Virus record (IMG/VR): IMGVR_UViG_3300044701_002789
Span: 62,001-126,000 of that record
Length of the DNA stretch: 64,000 nucleotides
Direction: 5' to 3' (one strand)
Shown here piece after piece: positions 1 through 7,144 of this stretch. Within the stretch, counting starts at the first letter, position 1, and each line of letters starts with the position of its first letter. Position numbers and translations under genes: made by a program. The notes under the pieces were generated by a model. It was given only the letters and a program-made list of their open reading frames with translations, did not search any database and was not told the DNA's origin.

Positions 1-6
1 GTCAAG

Positions 7-80
7 CACCTCAGGTAGGATTCGAACCTACGGCTAACCGCTTAGAAGGCGGATACTCTAGTCCACTGAGTTACTGAGGC
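7..80 (-). tRNA. tRNA-Arg(UCU)
   Basis: Reverse complement GCCTCAG...CTGAGGT-G forms the acceptor stem; anticodon loop CT-TCT-AA; T loop TTCGAAT; CCA not encoded. Confidence 0.93.
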
Positions 81-103
81 AAAAGACAACTTAATGTTGT
101 CAA

Positions 104-224
104 TAGGAACGCTGGGGATTGAACCCAGAACCTCCCACTTATTCGGTATAGAGGGTACTGCCCCCCCATTAACAATCTTTTGATACCGTAAGGTGGGTGC
201 TCTAACCACTTGAGCTACGTTCCC
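104..224 (-). tRNA. tRNA, probably Ile(UAU), with a 47-nt insertion in the anticodon loop
   Basis: Acceptor GGGAACG/CGTTCCT-A, D arm GCTC/GAGC, anticodon stem CCCAC/GTGGG and T arm CTGGG-TTCAATC-CCCAG are intact, but 54 nt (139-192) replace the 7-nt loop. Confidence 0.8.
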
Positions 225-233
225 AATCAGACA

Positions 234-262
234 ATCGTATGGTATTTATACCAGATTGTCAA
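234..262 (-). promoter_or_regulatory. sigma70-type promoter (TTGACA-17-TACGAT) with an embedded late promoter TATAAATA (243-250), upstream of the interrupted tRNA
   Basis: -35 at 257-262, -10 at 234-239, 17-nt spacer. Confidence 0.65.
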
Positions 263-345
263 TGGGAGCAGGGGGACTTGAACCCCCACGGGCACTGCCC
301 AACGGATTTTAAGTCCGGTGCGTCTACCGATTCCGCCACGCTCCC
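263..345 (-). tRNA. tRNA-Leu(UAA), intronless
   Basis: GGGAGCG...TGCTCCC-A acceptor stem, anticodon loop CT-TAA-AA, long variable arm. Confidence 0.95.
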
Positions 346-354
346 GATGGGACA

Positions 355-383
355 ATCATAAGGCACGAACCTCAGATTGTCAA
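355..383 (-). promoter_or_regulatory. sigma70-type promoter for tRNA-Leu
   Basis: TTGACA (378-383), 17 nt, TATGAT (355-360). Confidence 0.7.
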
Positions 384-425
384 GGGGTGGAGTGGAGAGC
401 GGGTGGCGCTCCCTCAACCACCCCT
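383..425 (-). other. GC-rich two-stem hairpin heading the tRNA array
   Basis: AGGGGTGG/CCACCCCT outer stem plus GGGAGCG/CGCTCTC inner stem. Confidence 0.55.
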
Positions 426-427
426 AC

Positions 428-457
428 AAGATACCAGACAGATGGGGTGCCTGTCAA
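428..457 (-). promoter_or_regulatory. sigma70-type promoter
   Basis: TTGACA (452-457), 18 nt, TG-G-TATCTT (428-433); the -35 box overlaps the TGA stop of the Hc1-like gene. Confidence 0.5.
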
Positions 458-645
458 CCCCCCTTTACCTCTTTCCTGGTGTTCTTCTCTTCTGTGATCT
501 CGGCGCGGCGAGACTTGACTAGTTTAGTAATTTCTTGCAATGCCTTGCGTGCGCGGGTGCCTGCAGCATTATTACCATTAGTAAACTTTTCGTCTTCAAC
601 TTTCCAAGACTCAAAGGCGTCAAGAAGTTCTTGTGATGTAGACAT
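454..645 (-). CDS. Histone H1-like (Hc1 family) small DNA-binding protein
   Basis: KFTNGNNAAGTRARKALQEI motif typical of Hc1-like proteins; GGAGA RBS favours the ATG at 645; late promoter TATAAATA at 670-677. Confidence 0.7.
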   Translation of the reverse strand: MSTSQELLDAFESWKVEDEKFTNGNNAAGTRARKALQEITKLVKSRRAEITEEKNTRKEVKGG

Positions 646-681
646 AATAATCTCCAATAATTAAAAATTTATTTATACATG

Positions 682-1095
682 TTATTTGCAGTCTTCTACC
701 CAAGGAGCACACATTCTTATTGGTCCTCCTAATGATTTACACTCTTCAGTATAACATGTGTCATTATTTATAGGTTCTTCAATGTACTTTGGTTCATATT
801 TTTTATTAGCTTCTTTAATAATTCTATCATACTCGGGAGTCACTTTTTCTATTGCTCTATCAATATCTCTATTGATTCTTCTCTCAAGTTTTTTGGGATC
901 TTTGATAATAAAATCATTAATAGGTGTACTAGGATTTACTTCTCTTTGAACTTCATCAAAGAAATCCCAAATAAGTTCTTCTTTAATTCCAGTACAATTA
1001 GATAAAAATGCAATTATAGAGGTAAGAACAACTCCTATAATTGCATAAGTTTTAATATCTGGTTTTTTATTTCCAAAATTAAATTTAAATTTCAT
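682..1095 (-). CDS. Hypothetical membrane or lipoprotein-like protein
   Basis: Basic N-terminus, hydrophobic stretch ending LSNC, Cys-rich C-terminus. Confidence 0.7.
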   Translation of the reverse strand: MKFKFNFGNKKPDIKTYAIIGVVLTSIIAFLSNCTGIKEELIWDFFDEVQREVNPSTPINDFIIKDPKKLERRINRDIDRAIEKVTPEYDRIIKEANKKYEPKYIEEPINNDTCYTEECKSLGGPIRMCAPWVEDCK

Positions 1096-1101
1096 TCAAT
1101 A

Positions 1102-1698
1102 TTATTTTTTCTTTAAGAGTGCTTTACGATATTGTAAATCGGTTCTAGTGCCGGAATCCATACGACCTTGATTAGGTTGATGCTCCCCTGGTTTAGCAGG
1201 ACTTCCAACTCCTTTATAAGAACGATGCGAATAAGCAGCACCACTATGTTTAGAATCACCAGAAATCATCTTTCCGCCTTGAGAACGAGAATTCATATAA
1301 TCAGTTTCTGATTGCCCATGCCTACCTCTCCATAATTCTTGAAGAATACTATCTCTCCAACCCTCACTCATATTTACCATCATTTGCTCTGCTGCTTCTG
1401 AGGTTTCAGCATATCCTTCATCAAGAAGATGGGAGAGGATTATATCGTAGAGGTCGTAACTTTCGCGGTTTGTGTTTTTCTTAACACCTCTTTTATCTGC
1501 ATGGATTTTTTTCCTTACTGGTTCACCTTGGGTGTCCCAATCAGCAGGATGTAAAATATTTTCAAAATCGCGGGATTGTCTGCGCCCTACTCTTTGTCTT
1601 TCAGTTGCATTTCTGTATTTCTCAAGTTTATTTGCCTCACCAAGTTCCTGATCTTGATAAACCTGCGAATAAGCTTCTACTAAATCTACTGCTTCCAT
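1102..1698 (-). CDS. Putative internal/virion protein with the acidic DLYDIIL..L.DEGYA domain
   Basis: Domain shared with the ORF at 4353-5864; late promoter TATAAATA at 1718-1725. Confidence 0.65.
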   Translation of the reverse strand: MEAVDLVEAYSQVYQDQELGEANKLEKYRNATERQRVGRRQSRDFENILHPADWDTQGEPVRKKIHADKRGVKKNTNRESYDLYDIILSHLLDEGYAETSEAAEQMMVNMSEGWRDSILQELWRGRHGQSETDYMNSRSQGGKMISGDSKHSGAAYSHRSYKGVGSPAKPGEHQPNQGRMDSGTRTDLQYRKALLKKK

Positions 1699-1724
1699 TT
1701 TAACAATACTTTTCTTTTATTTAT

Positions 1725-1748
1725 AAAAAAAGGGACCCTAAGGTCCCC
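1725..1748 (-). terminator. Intrinsic terminator after rlpA-like gene
   Basis: GGGACC-TTAG-GGTCCC followed by T7. Confidence 0.8.
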
Positions 1749-1757
1749 GCTAAAATA

Positions 1758-2117
1758 TCAAATCACCCGATAACAAACTCTTGCAACTCCATTACTCGGA
1801 GAAGCAATGGATGCAAATGCACCATAAGACAAATCTAAATCACGACTAGCAATAAATGGACCCCTATCAGTCACACGAACAACCACAGACCTACCATTGG
1901 ATTGGTTTGTAACACGAAGGCGAGTTCCAAAAGGAAGCCAACGATGTGCTACAGAATTACCATAAGCATTGAATACATTTCCACTGGCAGTTAATTGTCC
2001 GTGAAATCCATCACCAACTCCATAATGAGAAGCAGTGGTACATCCACTTGCTGCCTTAGACTCAATAGGCAAAAGAACAGAAGAAAGAATAGCAAGAATT
2101 GAAAGTGTTTTAAACAT
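1758..2117 (-). CDS. rlpA: RlpA-like double-psi beta-barrel lytic transglycosylase, with signal peptide
   Basis: ASHYG..FHGQLTASG..FN...VAHRWLPFGT.LRVTN..NGRSVVVRVTDRGPF...DLDLS motif. Confidence 0.88.
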   Translation of the reverse strand: MFKTLSILAILSSVLLPIESKAASGCTTASHYGVGDGFHGQLTASGNVFNAYGNSVAHRWLPFGTRLRVTNQSNGRSVVVRVTDRGPFIASRDLDLSYGAFASIASPSNGVARVCYRVI

Positions 2118-2134
2118 AATTGAACTTCCTCACA

Positions 2135-2761
2135 TCAAGAATCAATGGTCGTATACTCAAACTTATTGAGATACTGCATAGCATAAGTTTCTCTTGGTCC
2201 CTTGTGACCCCAACGAATCCACTTAAACGCAAGACGCATATAATCGTTGATAGTACCTCCAGGACGACTCATGCGGTCTCTAATCATCTTCCAGTCAGGT
2301 TCATAAAACATATATTGAACCTGAGTCTCTAAAGTTGATGTATTACCACCATACCTTTTAGCAAAATGACCTAGACCATTGTATCTTGTTGAATCGGTCC
2401 ATTGTAAGATTCCATAACCACCACGATGACACCTATGATATGGAACTCTTGCACCTCCCTCACAAATATTGGGAACAAAGGTAGATTCTTGTTTAAGATT
2501 ACCCATAATTGTAGCAATTGCTACTTTATCACGAATACCTTCATCTTGAAGTGCATTTAAAACATAATGTTCATTTTCATTACACCCGTTACAAGTTATC
2601 CGTCTTTCTTTTGGTGTTTCCGGAGCAACCTCTTTGGTCGCTGTCTCCTGAATTGTGCTAGTTTGATTTAAAGTAGCATAACTCGGTGTTGGCAGTGTTG
2701 CCGCTGATGTTGCAACCGCACCAAGAAGAGATACGGTCACAGTTGTAAGGTTTTTTAGCAT
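2135..2761 (-). CDS. Phage tail lysozyme-like muramidase with N-terminal signal sequence
   Basis: IMGNLKQES...GYGILQWT motif; hydrophobic N-terminus followed by a Thr/Pro-rich linker. Confidence 0.75.
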   Translation of the reverse strand: MLKNLTTVTVSLLGAVATSAATLPTPSYATLNQTSTIQETATKEVAPETPKERRITCNGCNENEHYVLNALQDEGIRDKVAIATIMGNLKQESTFVPNICEGGARVPYHRCHRGGYGILQWTDSTRYNGLGHFAKRYGGNTSTLETQVQYMFYEPDWKMIRDRMSRPGGTINDYMRLAFKWIRWGHKGPRETYAMQYLNKFEYTTIDS

Positions 2762-2770
2762 TTAGTTTAA

Positions 2771-2836
2771 TAGAACTCTACATCCGTTTAGAAGAAGGGG
2801 TACACCTCTTTTTAGGAGGCATCTTCCACGGCTCTA
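2771..2836 (-). promoter_or_regulatory. Structured 5' leader of the lysozyme-rlpA operon
   Basis: Nested helices TAGAG/TTCTA, CCGT/ACGG, GGAAGA/TCTTCT and CCTC/GAGG, ending about 10 nt before the ATG. Confidence 0.5.
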
Positions 2837-2860
2837 ATTTTCAAATCAAGGACTCATAAT

Positions 2861-2919
2861 AAAAAACCCTGCTCATAACAGGGAATTTACATGATAAGTG
2901 ATTATTTAGGTTTTGTCAA
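2861..2919 (-). promoter_or_regulatory. sigma70 promoter and CTAAATA late box immediately followed by an intrinsic terminator
   Basis: TTGACA (2914-2919), 17 nt, TATCAT (2891-2896); CCCTG/CAGGG + T6 at 2861-2883. Confidence 0.6.
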
Positions 2920-2924
2920 GAGAG

Positions 2925-3410
2925 TCACCTTCCAATCTGTCCACCTGAACGAGAAACACCAGTACCTCTACCACCAGGAACTGTTCCGTATCTTCCAGAC
3001 ACTCTGGTATCAGAAGGTTCTGCTGAACCAAGATCTTGACCAGTTTTTATGTTAGTCACTCGTCTTCTTTTGTTACCAGAAACTGTTCCAACAGAACTTG
3101 GCGAATCTGGTCCTATTCTACCTCTAACGCCAGTTTGAGCATATTGACTTCTATGAACTCTGCCAGAATCTTGCGCCCTTTGTGCTGCAGTTCTGGCAGG
3201 TTTACTCGCTTCGTGTCTTTGATCCTTATCGTTTATCGCCTTTGTTATTTGGGTGATTTTTCTTACAGATTTAGACATTGTTTGAGGATTTCTATCCCTT
3301 CGCAACTGAGCAACTTTTTGAGACGCTTTAGGTCTACCTTTTCCCCACCAGTCTATTGTTTCTTGCTCTGATTTTCTTGCTTCTAAAATAAACTCTCTAA
3401 AAGTTTTCAT
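2925..3410 (-). CDS. Putative capsid-targeted internal protein, Arg/Gly-rich
   Basis: N-terminus MKTFREFILEA resembles the T4 internal-protein capsid targeting sequence (MKTYQEFIAE); late box GATAAATA at 3427-3434. Confidence 0.6.
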   Translation of the reverse strand: MKTFREFILEARKSEQETIDWWGKGRPKASQKVAQLRRDRNPQTMSKSVRKITQITKAINDKDQRHEASKPARTAAQRAQDSGRVHRSQYAQTGVRGRIGPDSPSSVGTVSGNKRRRVTNIKTGQDLGSAEPSDTRVSGRYGTVPGGRGTGVSRSGGQIGR

Positions 3411-3436
3411 ATTACACTTTTAGAAATATTTATCAT

Positions 3437-3787
3437 TTAGACACTGCCTACAGTCTCATTTTCAGACCATTCATCATCATCTTTTTCAATAGAAAAGTAG
3501 TCAATTTCTTCAACACCTTCTGGAATGTTAATCCATTCCTCAAACTCCGCTTGAAGTGCCTTAGCATTACGATGCCTATCTGCTTCATGGAGAAGTTCAA
3601 TTTTCTTGATTGCCCAACCACGCACTTGATTGAGGCATTCATTTTCAATGTTGATGTCCAAGTTAGTTTCTTCCTCTTGTTTAATGGGAGTGGGTTCCTG
3701 AGGAACCTCCGACACCTTGGACTCTACCACATCCTGATCCCTTGTCAAGTGGTTGAGGAAGTTCTTAATCTTTCTGAAAAATTTCAT
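3437..3787 (-). CDS. Hypothetical protein
   Basis: 116-aa ORF on the coding strand, filling the intergenic space. Confidence 0.7.
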   Translation of the reverse strand: MKFFRKIKNFLNHLTRDQDVVESKVSEVPQEPTPIKQEEETNLDINIENECLNQVRGWAIKKIELLHEADRHRNAKALQAEFEEWINIPEGVEEIDYFSIEKDDDEWSENETVGSV

Positions 3788-3841
3788 TCCGTTTTTAATC
3801 TATATATGAACCTACATAGTCATATTAGCAATTCTTATCTA

Positions 3842-4267
3842 ATGACCTGGAAATATAACAATCAAGAGTTTACAGAAGTCCCAAAAGACATGGAAGGTTT
3901 TGTTTACCTTATTACAAATCTCACCAATGATAAAAAATACATTGGAAAGAAACACTTTTGGACAAGACAAAAAGATCGTAAAACAGGTCGCAGAAAAAAG
4001 AAAGAAAGTGATTGGAAAAAATATTTTGGTTCTTGTGATGAATTAATTGAAGACGTAAAAAATCTCGGAGAAGATAAATTTCTCCGAGAAATTTTATATC
4101 TATGTCCTCACAAGAAATCTATGAGTTTTTATGAGACTATGGAACAATTCAAAAGAGATGTAATTCTTAGAGAAGACTACTACAATACAAATGTTGAAGG
4201 TAAGTTCTTTAGTAGTGAAGTAGAGAATATTTATGAGATTGTTCTTAAAAGCTCTAAAGCTTTATAA
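3842..4267 (+). CDS. GIY-YIG family nuclease (141 aa); the only credible plus-strand gene in the window
   Basis: GFVYLITN...KYIGKK motif; start reassigned to ATG 3842 because the upstream extension overlaps another gene. Confidence 0.8.
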   Translation: MTWKYNNQEFTEVPKDMEGFVYLITNLTNDKKYIGKKHFWTRQKDRKTGRRKKKESDWKKYFGSCDELIEDVKNLGEDKFLREILYLCPHKKSMSFYETMEQFKRDVILREDYYNTNVEGKFFSSEVENIYEIVLKSSKAL

Positions 4268-4291
4268 ACCATCTTCAAAACCGACAAACCG

Positions 4292-4342
4292 ATCCTAGCA
4301 ATAAAAAAGGGTCTTGTCAAGACCCCTTAGAGATGTTATGAT
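4292..4342. promoter_or_regulatory. Overlapping divergent sigma70 promoters within a bidirectional hairpin
   Basis: Minus: TTGACA (4315-4320)-17-TAGGAT (4292-4297). Plus: TTGTCA (4314-4319)-17-TATGAT (4337-4342). Inverted repeat GGGTCTT/AAGACCC. Confidence 0.55.
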
Positions 4343-4352
4343 TGAAAAATAA

Positions 4353-5864
4353 TCATCTGCCAGATGCTCTCCTTCTGCGAGCACGATAATCAGTAGGAAC
4401 CTCCATATAACCAGATTTACCTTTACCGCGCCTAGAATGATCAATGGAATTTTCATAATCACCATCTGCCTGCTTATGTTCTATATTTTTTTCAGCATTT
4501 AATCTATTAATACTTTTTTTATTTGCTTTAATTCTTTCACGGTCTCTTCTATCATTATTATTTTCACTTTCACCAGATCTTCTTAATTGCGAACCACGTC
4601 TAACCTGTGCTTGAATTGAATCTTTCCATTTTGGTTTATTATACTTTGTTTTCCCATCTTTATCAGTAACTGAGCGAATATCATCTCCAGTAATTCTATT
4701 AGCAATAGATCTTTGAGATCCTCTAACTGATTCATCAAGAATTTCTTCTCTCCACTCTTCACTCATATTTGCCATAATTACAGTTGCTGCTTCCTCGGTA
4801 TCAGCATATCCTTCATCAATAAGATGCTCAAGGATTATATCATAAAGATCTACAGTATCTTCGGAAATATATGATTCTACAAGTTCATAGGTCTCATTGA
4901 CATCAAGATTTTCAATTAAATCATAAGCTTCACTTTCAGTACTAACATATCCTTCCGCAATTAGATCATCAATTAAGAGATCTAGGAGTTCAAAACTTTC
5001 CTTAGCAGTAAGTCTTGCTTCTCTTTTTCTTGCTTCTCGTCTAGACTTTTTATCTTTAAAGGTTCCTGCTGGTTGACCTTGTTGGGGTTCTGTAGGACCT
5101 TCTCCAGCTGCTGCATTTTCAAGTTTTTTAGCAGCGAGTGATCTTCTATTTGCGGTTACAGTTCTTCCTGGGGGAAGTGCGGGTCTTTCTTTAGCAGGTT
5201 GACCAACTCTTGGATTTTCTGGAGTTCCTTCTTTTGCTTTTGGTTTTGCTGCAGGAGTTTCTTTCGGTTCTACTTTAGCGGCAAGATTACGAAGACCACC
5301 AGCTGCTGCTTTTCTGCCAGACTTAATAAATCCTTTGATTTTTTCCTTTGCGGAAGCAAGTTTACCCTTAACCTTCTCAGCACCCCTTTGCACCTTTCTA
5401 CCTGCCTCAGCGGCGCCTCCAGCGGCGGCAGAGACTGCTCCACCAGCAAGAGTCTTTGCTCTACTTCCTGCTTCTTTTGCTCTATCGGAAATATTTTTAG
5501 CAGCGCGAGTAGTTGCAACTTGAAGTCTCTTTACTGCGTGCTTTCTACCAACTCTTTCACGCTCAGCAGACTTCATTCTAGTGGCAGTTGCTGCTGCAGA
5601 TTTCTTTTCTCTTGCCCTTTTATTTGCCAAACGATTCATTCTTGACATTTCACTTTCTTCAGAAAGAATCTCATAGTCAAATACTTCTAGGCATTCATTG
5701 AGTGTTACTTCTCTTTCTGAGAGAATTTCTTCCATAATTTGAGTTAATTCATTATCAGAAAGATCATCAATAAATTCAAAATTTTCTTCTACTGTCAGAA
5801 TATCTTCCCTAAGATCTTCATCATAAACAGCAGTATATGCTTCGTATAGATTAAAAGCGTTCAT
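4353..5864 (-). CDS. Putative internal/virion protein: repeated acidic EGY domains alternating with Ala/Lys/Arg-rich segments
   Basis: Internal repeats LIDDLIAEGY and LEHLIDEGY; late promoter TATAAATA at 5891-5898. Confidence 0.7.
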   Translation of the reverse strand: MNAFNLYEAYTAVYDEDLREDILTVEENFEFIDDLSDNELTQIMEEILSEREVTLNECLEVFDYEILSEESEMSRMNRLANKRAREKKSAAATATRMKSAERERVGRKHAVKRLQVATTRAAKNISDRAKEAGSRAKTLAGGAVSAAAGGAAEAGRKVQRGAEKVKGKLASAKEKIKGFIKSGRKAAAGGLRNLAAKVEPKETPAAKPKAKEGTPENPRVGQPAKERPALPPGRTVTANRRSLAAKKLENAAAGEGPTEPQQGQPAGTFKDKKSRREARKREARLTAKESFELLDLLIDDLIAEGYVSTESEAYDLIENLDVNETYELVESYISEDTVDLYDIILEHLIDEGYADTEEAATVIMANMSEEWREEILDESVRGSQRSIANRITGDDIRSVTDKDGKTKYNKPKWKDSIQAQVRRGSQLRRSGESENNNDRRDRERIKANKKSINRLNAEKNIEHKQADGDYENSIDHSRRGKGKSGYMEVPTDYRARRRRASGR

Positions 5865-5897
5865 TTTTTAATTCTTAGTTTACTTTTAGTTATTTAT

Positions 5898-5922
5898 AAA
5901 AAAGGGGAGTTATAAACTCCCC
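5898..5922 (-). terminator. Intrinsic terminator after nrdB
   Basis: GGGGAGTT-TAT-AACTCCCC followed by a T tract. Confidence 0.8.
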
Positions 5923-5929
5923 AAGTAAC

Positions 5930-7141
5930 TCAAAGTTTAAATCCAGCAAATGTATCATTTTTCATATCTTGTTTAATTCCACCAATCAAATACGTCTCCT
6001 GCTCCGTTTCCTGGGGTGCCACTTGAAGTCCTTTTGAATTAATCCAATGAGAAGTCCAAGGTAAGGGGTTATTATTAGCAGGAATATCATAAAGAGGTCT
6101 GAGACCAATCGCCCGCATACGACGATTAGCAATCCATTCAACATATTGCTGAAGAAGTTTATCATTAAGACCAATCATACTACCATCCTTGAAAAGATAG
6201 TCTGCCCATCTCTTTTCTTCATTTACAGCAAGATCAAACATTCTATAAACCCACTCTTCTTCCTCCTTAGCAATTTGTTGCATTTCTGGATCATCGCCTT
6301 CTCGCCATTTGTTAAGAATATTCTGAGTAATTGCTAGGTGTTGGTTTTCGTCTCTGGCGATAAGGGAAATGATCTTGGCGGATCCTTCCATAAGTTTAAG
6401 TTCACCAAAGGCGAAACTGCAAGCAAAACTAACGTAGAAGCGAATACCTTCAAGAATATTAACGTTTGCAATTGCTCTGTAGAGTTTTCGTTTGACATCG
6501 TTGAGATTTTCCTTTGCGTAATTGACTCCCTCAAGATTATGCTTCCATGTTTCGGAAGTACCATACTGTTGGGCAGAATTAATAAAATCATTATACGCTT
6601 CAGTTACACTCTTGGAACGAACCATAATATGCTCGTCCTTAATAATAGTATCAAACACATCAGAGGGATTTGAATAAACATTCTTGATAATATAAGTGTA
6701 TGAACGACTATGAATCATCTCCATAAATCCCCATACTTCCATACATGCCTCAAGTTCGGGTAGAGAACAGTAAGGAATGAATGCCATTCCCGGTCCTCTA
6801 CCCTGAATTGAATCCAGCATAATTTGATACTTCAAATTAGAAGTGTAAATATGCTTCTGTTCTGGGCGAAGTATTTGATAATCTCCACGATCCTTCTGTA
6901 AAGAAACCTCTTCTGGTCTCCAAAAGTATCCAAGTTGTTGAGTAGTAAGTTTCTCAAAAATTGGATACTTATAGGAATCATATCTCTGAACCCCCAATGG
7001 TTTCCCAAAAAACATTGGTTGCTTTTTAGTGTCCACTTCCTCAGTATTAAAAACCGTCATTCCTTTAACTTCTGTGGAATGATCTGTGGAAGATACCTTA
7101 AATTCCATGCTTGTTTCTTTCTGCGTAGTTTTATTTAACAT
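5930..7141 (-). CDS. nrdB: Ribonucleotide reductase class Ia beta subunit (start may be 7108)
   Basis: FWRPEEV, EMIHSRSY, EGIRFY and RDENQH di-iron motifs. Confidence 0.97.
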   Translation of the reverse strand: MLNKTTQKETSMEFKVSSTDHSTEVKGMTVFNTEEVDTKKQPMFFGKPLGVQRYDSYKYPIFEKLTTQQLGYFWRPEEVSLQKDRGDYQILRPEQKHIYTSNLKYQIMLDSIQGRGPGMAFIPYCSLPELEACMEVWGFMEMIHSRSYTYIIKNVYSNPSDVFDTIIKDEHIMVRSKSVTEAYNDFINSAQQYGTSETWKHNLEGVNYAKENLNDVKRKLYRAIANVNILEGIRFYVSFACSFAFGELKLMEGSAKIISLIARDENQHLAITQNILNKWREGDDPEMQQIAKEEEEWVYRMFDLAVNEEKRWADYLFKDGSMIGLNDKLLQQYVEWIANRRMRAIGLRPLYDIPANNNPLPWTSHWINSKGLQVAPQETEQETYLIGGIKQDMKNDTFAGFKL

Positions 7142-7144
7142 AAT

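Noticed and set aside
75-103. TTGACA upstream of tRNA-Arg as a promoter
   Set aside because: The -10 position would fall inside the tRNA; the sequence fits a hairpin-plus-T4 spacer better
139-192. The tRNA insert as a complete group I intron, hammerhead or canonical bulge-helix-bulge intron
   Set aside because: Too short for a group I core; no CUGAUGA/GAAA hammerhead core; bulges lie on the wrong strands for BHB
383-425. The hairpin as a fourth tRNA
   Set aside because: No D arm, anticodon arm or TTC T loop
3551-3841. N-terminal extension of the GIY-YIG ORF
   Set aside because: Overlaps the 3437-3787 gene on the opposite strand; the domain begins at ATG 3842
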